Below, in pieces: positions 1-7,364 of a DNA stretch of 31,301 nt. The notes under the pieces are model-generated. The model made no database searches. It was not told the DNA's origin and saw only the letters and a program-made list of their open reading frames with translations. How positions within the stretch are numbered: the stretch's first letter is position 1; every line of letters starts with the position of its first letter. This DNA comes from a virus (lineage: Duplodnaviria > Caudoviricetes): the IMG/VR virus record IMGVR_UViG_3300001355_000035, positions 1 through 31,301 of that record; one strand, given 5' to 3'. The position numbers and the translations under genes are program-made.

Positions 1-700
1 GAGAGATAGTGAAGTAAGTTTAGTAGGTATGACAACCCCTAGTGCGTCTACAGGATGCCATACCGCTGCAGAGTTAGTAGCATATGCTGCTCGTGTGAGC
101 AATCCCAGTAATCAGAACAATGAGAAGACTGCGCCAAAGTTGTTACGGTATCTTATTAAAGAAAATCACTGGTCTCCGTTCGAGATGGTAAGCATCACGA
201 TGGAAATTAAAACGACTCGCGATATCTCTAGGCAGATATTGCGCCATCGTTCGTTTTCGTTCCAAGAGTTTTCTCAGCGTTATGCGGTGAGCGAATCGTT
301 TACGACAAATCGTGAAGCGAGAAAACAGCACCCTACCAATCGCCAGTTAAGCGAGAAAGACGAAGATCCAGTTGTACAACGTAAAGCACAGGAAGTCTTT
401 ACAGAGATGCAGGCAGAGGTCTCTCGAGTCGCTAAAGACTACTACGAAATGGCACTTAACACTGGCATTGCTAAAGAACAAGCGCGCGCACTGCTTCCTG
501 AGGGTCTCACTGAGACTACTTTGTATATGGCGGGAACGCTACGTTCTTGGGTGCATTATTGTGAACTGAGGCGAGCACATGGGACTCAGGCAGAGCATAT
601 GCAAGTCGCTGACAAATGTTGGGAAATTCTTAGCGTGCATTTTCCCGATGTAGTTGAGGCAGTGGATACGCTAGATAAAGATCGGCAGGAAAAGCGATGA
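1..700 (+). CDS. thyX: Flavin-dependent thymidylate synthase ThyX (5' end probably just outside the window)
   Basis: ThyX signature RHRSFSFQEFSQRY (RHRx7S), plus H-W-S-P-F-E and KEQARALLP motifs. The frame is open from base 2 (RDSEVSLVGM...), so the true start probably precedes ATG 29. Confidence 0.95.
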   Translation, partial: RDSEVSLVGMTTPSASTGCHTAAELVAYAARVSNPSNQNNEKTAPKLLRYLIKENHWSPFEMVSITMEIKTTRDISRQILRHRSFSFQEFSQRYAVSESFTTNREARKQHPTNRQLSEKDEDPVVQRKAQEVFTEMQAEVSRVAKDYYEMALNTGIAKEQARALLPEGLTETTLYMAGTLRSWVHYCELRRAHGTQAEHMQVADKCWEILSVHFPDVVEAVDTLDKDRQEKR

Positions 701-852
701 ACGGCAAGAAAGCAAAACTTCTTAGGAAAGTAGGTAAGTTGACAAAGCGTGATAAAAAGTTATATAATATGTTGAAACACGAGGAGAAAGAAGTTCTTGC
801 CGTTTTGTATCGACATTTAATAGAAAAGAATGAACATATTCCGGTTAAATAA
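697..852 (+). CDS. Small basic hypothetical protein, 51 aa (MNGKKAKLLRKVGKLTKRDKKLYNMLKHEEKEVLAVLYRHLIEKNEHIPVK)
   Basis: Translated by hand, below the ORF-track cutoff. The ATGA overlap with the thyX stop suggests translational coupling, and it fills the gap to the next gene. Confidence 0.65.
   Translation: MNGKKAKLLRKVGKLTKRDKKLYNMLKHEEKEVLAVLYRHLIEKNEHIPVK
739..768 (+). promoter_or_regulatory. Consensus sigma70-type promoter TTGACA-N18-TATAAT
   Basis: TTGACA at 739-744 and TATAAT at 763-768, about 60 nt upstream of the DenV-like gene. Confidence 0.65.
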
Positions 853-1378
853 TTGTCCTAGGCGCGCTGCTCAAGATCAGTGCGATGAACATATTCGTAA
901 AATGTACATTGAGTCTGCACAAATGTTGTGCACGACTCATCGTATCTGCGATGGTTACGAAACAAAGCGTCCGTCCAAGTCTGGTAAGACGATTGTTCGC
1001 TATTGGAAACACCCCGATGTGAACATGGAAAAAAACCTATATGCTGTTGTTCACCGCAATCACCCTTCTACTATATGGACCAGAGAATCTAAGCAAAATT
1101 ATATATGGCACTACGAACATTTTGTTGCTTTGCTAGACGAATACACTTTCCGCAGAGGAAAGGTTACTAAAACCGATGTTCAACTTCGTTACTTGTTGAA
1201 AGATTCGCCTTTGAATATACCGAATATACCGCAAACCCGTTTCAAGCTTGCTATGGCAGACAATCCTGAGTGTATGTTTCCAGACAACCCAGTAAAATCA
1301 TACCGTATGTTCTATATAAGTAAAAGAAACCGCATTAATATGCATTGGACTAAGAGAAAACAACCAGAATGGTTATGA
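830..1378 (+). CDS. Pyrimidine-dimer DNA glycosylase / endonuclease V (DenV)-like family protein
   Basis: MNIF...D.H..KM.IESAQML, H.NHPS..W, and terminal 'PVKSYRMFY...W..R..PEW' motifs typical of this family. Confidence 0.75.
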   Translation: MNIFRLNNCPRRAAQDQCDEHIRKMYIESAQMLCTTHRICDGYETKRPSKSGKTIVRYWKHPDVNMEKNLYAVVHRNHPSTIWTRESKQNYIWHYEHFVALLDEYTFRRGKVTKTDVQLRYLLKDSPLNIPNIPQTRFKLAMADNPECMFPDNPVKSYRMFYISKRNRINMHWTKRKQPEWL

Positions 1379-2160
1379 TCAGTAAAACTTGGAATCTCCT
1401 TCCGGAAGAGGCCGACACTGGATATACAACATGGAAACCAAATCAAAATTGGCAACATGGTTTGATGTATCGAGCGATGTGCTATTGTAAAGAATTTAGA
1501 GTTGCAATAGATGTTGGCGCGGCATATGGCGCGACAACAATACAATTGGCTAAAAATTTCGAAGAAGTTTATGCGATAGAAATGTTGCCAGATTTGATTC
1601 CATTTCTTAAAAAAAATACCGAGAAATTCGATAACATATATTATCATAATGTAGCAGTAGGAAAAAAATACAGTAAACACACTTTTAATTACTATCCAAA
1701 ATATTCAGGAAGATCTGGTAAGAATAGTCAACGCGGTAATAAGTACTGGCAAAGTCTTACCGCAGAAGATGAAATTAAACTCGAATTAGAAGTAAAACCA
1801 TTAAAGTTTCTTAAAGAAACCCCCACATGGAGAAATGGTGCTAATCCTACTGTGATAGATCTTATTAAATTTGATATTGAAGGATCAGAATTGTACGCTA
1901 TACAAGGAGGCGCGTCTCTTATACGAACACATTCTCCTGTTATTTGCATAGAAGTCGCGCCAAGCAGCAAGTCCGTGATAGGGAGTGAATTCCCAAAGAA
2001 TGGGTATTTCTTCGAGCAGGTAAGCAAATCATTATCTTCATTAGGTTACGCCATAGTAGAAAAATGGCGAGGCGACTCAATTTGGGTCCCATTAGACCGA
2101 TTAAATGGGCGCTTGAATCATGCGCTCAAAGAAAGGAGAGAATTTTTTAGTGAATGGTAA
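1375..2160 (+). CDS. FkbM-family SAM-dependent methyltransferase
   Basis: IDVGAAYG SAM-binding motif I, VYAIE, and DLIKFDIEGSE...GGASLI...PVICIE. Start placed at ATG 1375 (ATGA overlap with upstream stop); the track gives 1369. Confidence 0.88.
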   Translation: MISKTWNLLPEEADTGYTTWKPNQNWQHGLMYRAMCYCKEFRVAIDVGAAYGATTIQLAKNFEEVYAIEMLPDLIPFLKKNTEKFDNIYYHNVAVGKKYSKHTFNYYPKYSGRSGKNSQRGNKYWQSLTAEDEIKLELEVKPLKFLKETPTWRNGANPTVIDLIKFDIEGSELYAIQGGASLIRTHSPVICIEVAPSSKSVIGSEFPKNGYFFEQVSKSLSSLGYAIVEKWRGDSIWVPLDRLNGRLNHALKERREFFSEW

Positions 2161-2485
2161 AGGCAGTAAACCAAGACCTCTTAGCGTTAAACAAAATGAA
2201 TTTGATGCGCAATGGGATCTTATTTTTGGAGGTAAAAATATGAAAAAACAGACAATGGAGTCGCCTCATCTAGAGCATAAGCGTAGAGACGAAATCTGTG
2301 AACGTGTTTCAACGCATTGGTCGACCAATGGTAAAAAAGAAGCAATTGTCAACAAGACGCAGAATGGGTTTGAGGTAGATCTGTATGAGAAGTCACGGTT
2401 TATTCGAACCGTTGATTGCCATACCAAAAGTATTGACTGGGCAGAAGATACTGCTGAGAATTGGACGTTGGGGGTTTTGGTATGA
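2150..2485 (+). CDS. Hypothetical protein with N-terminal GKGSKPRP...WDLIF segment and a strong internal in-frame start at 2240
   Basis: GTG 2150 is preceded by AAGGAG; ATG 2240 is preceded by GGAGGT. Track ORF is 2120..2485. Confidence 0.6.
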   Translation: MNGKGSKPRPLSVKQNEFDAQWDLIFGGKNMKKQTMESPHLEHKRRDEICERVSTHWSTNGKKEAIVNKTQNGFEVDLYEKSRFIRTVDCHTKSIDWAEDTAENWTLGVLV

Positions 2486-3288
2486 AAATAGTAGTTGCTG
2501 GTTATGGTCCCGTCGGTATTGCGGTGAGTGCGGCGTTAGAGTTGCGCAACGGCGTTGAGGTTTTTATTGATGATCCTGCAAAGGGGCATAACTATTATCG
2601 AGATGAACAGATCGATCCTCCTGATGGCGTAGTAGTCTGCGTTGCCACGCCTATGCGCGAAGATGGTTCTTGTAATACAGATCACGTAGAAGAAGTGTTT
2701 CATAAATATGGCAATGTAAAGTATCTGATCAAATCTGCTGTTGATCCAGTGTGGTTGTGTGGCGAGACTCCTAACAAACTCAAGCGTATGCGAAAGAGCA
2801 TTACATACTCACCTGAGTTTCTAGCAAGTTCTAATATTAATCGTTCGCCTACTGATGAATTTTTAAATCAAACCTTTGCTATTTACGGTGGCGATGACTG
2901 CCGTTTTTGGGACGAATTACTAAAACCATCGTTACCGCTATTAAAAGAAGTCAAATACTGTAGTCTAGAACAAGCAGCGTTCTCTAAGTATGTCGAAAAT
3001 AGTTTTCTTGCGACCAAGGTCGTTTTCTTTAACGAGATGTATAAAATATTTACTGCATGTGGGTTTGAAGGATTTGATCAAATGATAGACGCTATTACTA
3101 TAGACCCACGAATCGGAAGGTCGCACACTCAGGTTCCTGGTCCCGACGGTAAATATGGATACGGCGGACATTGCCTTCCTAAAGATATGGCGGCATTAAG
3201 ATCTCTTTCTAATGATACGCCGCTGTTAGACGCAGTAACAGACGCGAATGAGGAATACAGAGATGGCCAGGAAAAAGTTTGTACCTAA
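2482..3288 (+). CDS. UDP-glucose/GDP-mannose 6-dehydrogenase family protein (short form lacking the C-terminal domain)
   Basis: Rossmann motif GYGPVG, CVATP, IKSAV, SPEFL, KYVENSFLATKV.FFNE, DPRIG, and catalytic GYGGHCLPKD. ATG 2482 overlaps the upstream stop. Confidence 0.9.
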   Translation: MKIVVAGYGPVGIAVSAALELRNGVEVFIDDPAKGHNYYRDEQIDPPDGVVVCVATPMREDGSCNTDHVEEVFHKYGNVKYLIKSAVDPVWLCGETPNKLKRMRKSITYSPEFLASSNINRSPTDEFLNQTFAIYGGDDCRFWDELLKPSLPLLKEVKYCSLEQAAFSKYVENSFLATKVVFFNEMYKIFTACGFEGFDQMIDAITIDPRIGRSHTQVPGPDGKYGYGGHCLPKDMAALRSLSNDTPLLDAVTDANEEYRDGQEKVCT

Positions 3289-3997
3289 GAAGAAGAAAAC
3301 ATTAATTCCCGAACCTGACTGGGATAAGTTAAGAAAAGCAAAGACTGAAGAAAATAAGATCGCCGCTTTTAAATCTGTGGCAGACTTTGTTCACTTTGAG
3401 GTTTCTGATAAGGAGCAACTCCATTGGTTAAAAAAATGGATACGCGAATACTCTGACTGGAATATGCATGAAGAAACTGTGGTCATCCCACCCGCGTACT
3501 TAACCTCGTTTTCTAAATATGGATGGATTGCTATCAGACTCGGGTTTATACCAGATTCGATTCGCAATAGTTTGGAGAAAAACCTCAAACCTATTTTACA
3601 GAGAGCACAATTTTTAAAAGATAAAGATAAGACCGAATTAATAGACCTTCCGAAAGAACCCGATTACTTTTTACATCCCGATAAAGTAAAGAGTTGGTTG
3701 ACCACTTGGAAATTGTTTGTGACAAATAATAAGAAAGACGAAGAGTCGCCAGACAGATCGATTCGAATGCGTTATCAGTCTGCACAAAGTTATGTTACAA
3801 ATATGCAGAACTATTTGCGCACCGGCATTTGGAACGACATGTGGTTCGGAGAGCGAAGAGAACAAAAGGTCCGTTTGGTTTGTAAAGCAATAGCATACGA
3901 AACAGACGGCACCGTAAAGAGAAATGTTGGTACTTGGTATCCAGATATCCAACGCGTATGGGAGAAAAATGATCAAACTAGACGGACTGATGATTAA
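3263..3997 (+). CDS. Hypothetical phage protein (basic, Trp-rich) upstream of gp33
   Basis: Long ORF in operon context with GAGGA upstream of ATG 3263 (track start 3248). No recognisable motif. Confidence 0.7.
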   Translation: MARKKFVPKKKKTLIPEPDWDKLRKAKTEENKIAAFKSVADFVHFEVSDKEQLHWLKKWIREYSDWNMHEETVVIPPAYLTSFSKYGWIAIRLGFIPDSIRNSLEKNLKPILQRAQFLKDKDKTELIDLPKEPDYFLHPDKVKSWLTTWKLFVTNNKKDEESPDRSIRMRYQSAQSYVTNMQNYLRTGIWNDMWFGERREQKVRLVCKAIAYETDGTVKRNVGTWYPDIQRVWEKNDQTRRTDD

Positions 3998-4214
3998 TAA
4001 AAATAAATTTAGCAAGATAGTAGAAGAAACGGTGTCAACAACAACATTATCTTATATCGACGCTATTGTTTATGTATGTGAGAATAATAGTATTGAAATA
4101 GACGATTGTAAAAAATTTATCTCTGCTTCTATACAAGAAAAATTAGAAAACGAAGCAAGAAAATTAAATTATTTGCCTAGGAAAAAAAATAAAGGACTTT
4201 TTGATGCGGTATAA
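3969..4214 (+). CDS. gp33: Late-promoter transcription coactivator gp33
   Basis: FSKIVEE...LSYIDAIV.VCE.N.IE....K.IS..I.EKLE.EA.KLNYL, the gp33 pattern; T4-like position upstream of gp32. Start is 3969 or 3990. Confidence 0.88.
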   Translation: MIKLDGLMINKNKFSKIVEETVSTTTLSYIDAIVYVCENNSIEIDDCKKFISASIQEKLENEARKLNYLPRKKNKGLFDAV

Positions 4215-4767
4215 GAAATTATATCCTGATAACTGGGAAGAAATTCAAAGCGAACTACAATCCTGGGCGAAAATAAATCCGCCACCGTTGCCTGTTAAAG
4301 GATGGTATACATTTAGTCAATGGCAAACAAGCAATTTCTCATTAGACGAAATCCCTTTGACTTTAAAATGGTTGGAAGAAACGTTTGAAAAATTACCAGA
4401 TTATGTCATGCGGATATGTATTTCGCCGCATCTTCATTTTGCGCCACATAAAGATGAAGGTTTGGCGCCAGCACTAAACATTCCTATTTCTGGTTGTAAG
4501 GAATCCGTTACAGAATTTTATCAGTTTGAATTTGAAGATGTGCAACGTTTTGATTTAACTCCTGAGGAAAACCCTGAAGAAATACTTGCAGGTTATTCGC
4601 TCAATCCTAGTTGTCATAACGCCGAAGTTGTAGATCAATATATTCTAGATACTCCAGTTGTTTTTGATCAAACTCTTTGGCACGGAGTTCGGAATGGAGA
4701 GCATGTCCGAGACTGTTTAAGTTTCAGATGGCATCCTCCGCAAGTACCGCGTGTACTATGGGATTGA
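4201..4767 (+). CDS. Putative 2OG-Fe(II) oxygenase / cupin (DSBH) fold protein
   Basis: PHKD (HxD), LNIPI, distal WHGV.N and R..LSFR, the spacing typical of phage DSBH oxygenases. Confidence 0.6.
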   Translation: MMRYKKLYPDNWEEIQSELQSWAKINPPPLPVKGWYTFSQWQTSNFSLDEIPLTLKWLEETFEKLPDYVMRICISPHLHFAPHKDEGLAPALNIPISGCKESVTEFYQFEFEDVQRFDLTPEENPEEILAGYSLNPSCHNAEVVDQYILDTPVVFDQTLWHGVRNGEHVRDCLSFRWHPPQVPRVLWD

Positions 4768-4797
4768 CATTTTTTAAAAAATATGTTAATATAAATA
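4764..4797 (+). promoter_or_regulatory. Overlapping sigma70 promoter (TTGACA-N17-TAATAT with extended TGn) and T4 late promoter TATAAATA upstream of gp32
   Basis: TTGACA 4764-4769, TG 4784-4785, TAATAT 4787-4792, TATAAATA 4790-4797. Confidence 0.75.
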
Positions 4798-4864
4798 GTC
4801 TATATTATGAATAATGTGGATAAAATAAAATACTAAAAATACACTGTAATACGAGGAAAAAAAT

Positions 4865-5749
4865 ATGTCTTTTGCAGAACTAAAGCGCAATCGCGCAAAC
4901 TCAATCGCCAAGTTGGTATCGGCGGCATCTACTGAATCTAACCCAGAGAAGAAGTCTTACGTTGATGAACGTCAATGGAAACCCACGGTAGATAAAGCAG
5001 GAAACGGTTACGCTGTAATTCGATTCCTTCCTGCTACCGAAGGCGCTGAACTGCCTTGGGTTCGTTACTGGGATCATGGATTTAAGGGACCTACTGGTCA
5101 ATGGTACATCGAAAAGTCTTTGACTTCTATCGGTCAACAAGACCCTGTTTCTGAAGCAAACAGTAGACTATGGAACTCAGGTGATGATCGTGATAAAGAT
5201 ATTGCGCGCGAGCGCAAGCGTCGTCTACATTATGTTTCTAACATTCTAGTAGAGTCTGATCCCGCCAATCCACAAAACGAAGGGCAAGTCTTTTTGTTCA
5301 CATATGGCAAAAAGATCTTTGATAAAATTATGGATGTCATGCAACCACAGTTCGCTGATGAACAACCTATTAATCCTTTTGACTTTTGGGAAGGCGCGTC
5401 ATTCAAACTGAAGATTCGCAACGTGGAAGGATATCGTAACTACGATAAGTCTGAGTTTGCTTCAACCTCAACTCTTTCTGAAAGCGAAGATCGTCTAGAA
5501 GAAATCTATAGTGGTTCATATGATCTGAAAGAGTTCTCTGATCCTGAAAACTATAAGAGTTATGCTGAACTAGAAGCAAGACTGCATATGGTACTTGGTC
5601 AATCTGTTGCTTCCGATTATCCTGCATTGGATAACGTCCAAGCATCCCCAGAGCCACGTGTAGTTCCCGCTCCTTCTATCGCATCTGACGATAACGAAGA
5701 AGAAGAAGACGCCATGTCATACTTTGCTAAACTTGCTGAAGAAGATTAA
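4865..5749 (+). CDS. gp32: Single-stranded DNA-binding protein gp32
   Basis: DERQWKPTVDKAGNGYAVIRFLP, HGFKGPTGQWYIE, YGKKIFDKI, PFDFWEGA.FKLKI, YRNYDKSEF and an acidic C-terminal tail. GAGGA RBS. Confidence 0.98.
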   Translation: MSFAELKRNRANSIAKLVSAASTESNPEKKSYVDERQWKPTVDKAGNGYAVIRFLPATEGAELPWVRYWDHGFKGPTGQWYIEKSLTSIGQQDPVSEANSRLWNSGDDRDKDIARERKRRLHYVSNILVESDPANPQNEGQVFLFTYGKKIFDKIMDVMQPQFADEQPINPFDFWEGASFKLKIRNVEGYRNYDKSEFASTSTLSESEDRLEEIYSGSYDLKEFSDPENYKSYAELEARLHMVLGQSVASDYPALDNVQASPEPRVVPAPSIASDDNEEEEDAMSYFAKLAEED

Positions 5750-5961
5750 TGACGAAAACTGTTCTTACCAATTTCAGATTAGATGAGGAAACTCATAAAA
5801 AATTTAAAATCTGGTGTATTGAAAACGATACAACTCTTGCTGATTACCTTAGGAGCACCATTGATAATACTTTGGCGGGAAAGGTTAATGGGATATCTAC
5901 AAAGAGACCCCATAAGAAAAAAGAATCAGAATTGAGCACTTGGTTAGAAGAATGGGATTAA
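5749..5961 (+). CDS. Ribbon-helix-helix (Arc/ParG-like) DNA-binding protein
   Basis: Beta strand LTNFRL followed by DEETHKKFKIWC and TTLADYLRSTI helices. TAATG overlap with the gp32 stop. Confidence 0.72.
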   Translation: MTKTVLTNFRLDEETHKKFKIWCIENDTTLADYLRSTIDNTLAGKVNGISTKRPHKKKESELSTWLEEWD

Positions 5962-5985
5962 GGGGACTTCGGTCCCCTTTTTTTT
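5961..5985 (+). terminator. Intrinsic terminator with C(UUCG)G tetraloop
   Basis: AGGGGAC-TTCG-GTCCCCT followed by a T run, between convergent transcription units. The UUCG hairpin is typical of T4-like phages. Confidence 0.93.
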
Positions 5986-7192
5986 ATCTTATCATATTCG
6001 GCGTCCATACGCCTGTGTTCCATTGATCTAATATCGATCCTGAAGATCCTCTGCTAGACGCATCACCACCGCCTTCTCCTGTCGATGTATTAGTAGTAGT
6101 ATTATAAGTTGGACTCATAATTATGGGCGTCGCAGGTAATGCTTGTGCTGCCTCTGGGTCGAGTAATGCATCAGCAGCTTCTATTCCTAATGCGCGACCA
6201 CCGTAACTCCCTATCAGACCTCCAATAATAGCGCCAGTAAGCGTTCCTAAAACCGGGATAGGAATTGCAGTTCCTGCTGCTGCTCCTGCTATTGCTCCTG
6301 CTCCGAACCCGCCTACTCCTGCCCCGACTGCTCCGGCAGTTTGAACGTTTTTTTCTCTTTCTGACAACCCTTCGTTTGTTCGAATTTGCCCTATCTCATA
6401 ACCCGTAAGAGCTACGCCGCCGACTGCAAATGCTTTACTCGCACCGCTCAATATTTTAGAACCGGTAGATCCGGATACTCCTCCGCTTACACCGCTAGGA
6501 GACCCTGTGGTTGCCGAATCAGGCCAAATAAGATCAAGCAGTTTTGCTTGGTTTTTTGCAATGTCTATTGCATATGTTGCGCCTTTAGATTGTACTTGAA
6601 GTTTTCCGTTACCCAAATCTTGAACAACGTTAGCTACTTTCACTTCCCCTTTGGCGTTTTTGTATGCAACACTTTTACCTGGCGAATATTTCCCATTTGG
6701 GGTAGATGTACCGCCTGCAGTTTTAGACGTTTCATTGGGAGGGGGGGATGGTGCTCGCCGAGACAAAACTTTGGTCCCGCCAGCGCTGACTCCTAGAGCA
6801 GTTTGCGCTAAAGCAAGAGCCAAGGTATTCATGTTTACTTGATACTTATCGAGACCTTCTAATAACCCATCCATAAATGTGTCAAACTTGGTTTTATACT
6901 GATCAAAATTATCAAGAAACGATTTTAGAGCGCCGAGACCAGTTAACAGAGAAGCGAGACCGAGCAACGATTTAAGCATAGTATTGTCTGCAGCTTTACC
7001 AAGCATTTTACCGACATTCGGCAATCCAAACCCTATCCCCCTTTTAGCACTGTTATTTTCTCTTTTAGATTCCAGCATCTCACCTCGTCGGTTAAACGTG
7101 TCTCTAAAAAAATCGTCAAATTTATCTTCAATGTGTTGCAAATGTTCATTGGTTTCGTTTTGACTTTCGGTAAGATCTGCTAATGATGTCAT
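5984..7192 (-). CDS. Putative tape measure / baseplate hub protein (gp29 position), 402 aa
   Basis: Directly downstream of gp26 and gp51-like. Helical, Gly/Ala-rich, with hydrophobic segments and a C-terminal glycine-zipper hairpin (GAVGAGVGGFGAGAIAGAAAG..IPIPVLGTLTGAIIGG). Confidence 0.55.
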   Translation of the reverse strand: MTSLADLTESQNETNEHLQHIEDKFDDFFRDTFNRRGEMLESKRENNSAKRGIGFGLPNVGKMLGKAADNTMLKSLLGLASLLTGLGALKSFLDNFDQYKTKFDTFMDGLLEGLDKYQVNMNTLALALAQTALGVSAGGTKVLSRRAPSPPPNETSKTAGGTSTPNGKYSPGKSVAYKNAKGEVKVANVVQDLGNGKLQVQSKGATYAIDIAKNQAKLLDLIWPDSATTGSPSGVSGGVSGSTGSKILSGASKAFAVGGVALTGYEIGQIRTNEGLSEREKNVQTAGAVGAGVGGFGAGAIAGAAAGTAIPIPVLGTLTGAIIGGLIGSYGGRALGIEAADALLDPEAAQALPATPIIMSPTYNTTTNTSTGEGGGDASSRGSSGSILDQWNTGVWTPNMIR

Positions 7193-7344
7193 TGCTGTTT
7201 TTGTTCCTCTTTAACCTTTTCTAAATACTGATGAAGTAAAGTAAGATAAGCCTCTCTCTCCCATGGTATCATATTATCTAACTCTGTCAAACTATACTTA
7301 TGATATTGAATTAAAGCAAAATTTGTTTTGTAATATGAAATCAT
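7189..7344 (-). CDS. gp51: gp51-like baseplate hub assembly protein, 51 aa (MISYYKTNFALIQYHKYSLTELDNMIPWEREAYLTLLHQYLEKVKEEQKQQ); possibly made mainly as a -1 frameshift extension of gp26
   Basis: Translated by hand, not in the track. YY.TNF.L.Q.HKYSL.E..NM.PWER..Y motif of the small gp51-like proteins of cyanophage-type T4-likes. ATGA overlap with the downstream gene. Confidence 0.85.
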   Translation of the reverse strand: MISYYKTNFALIQYHKYSLTELDNMIPWEREAYLTLLHQYLEKVKEEQKQQ

Positions 7345-7364
7345 ATTGACATGAGAGAGGCATA

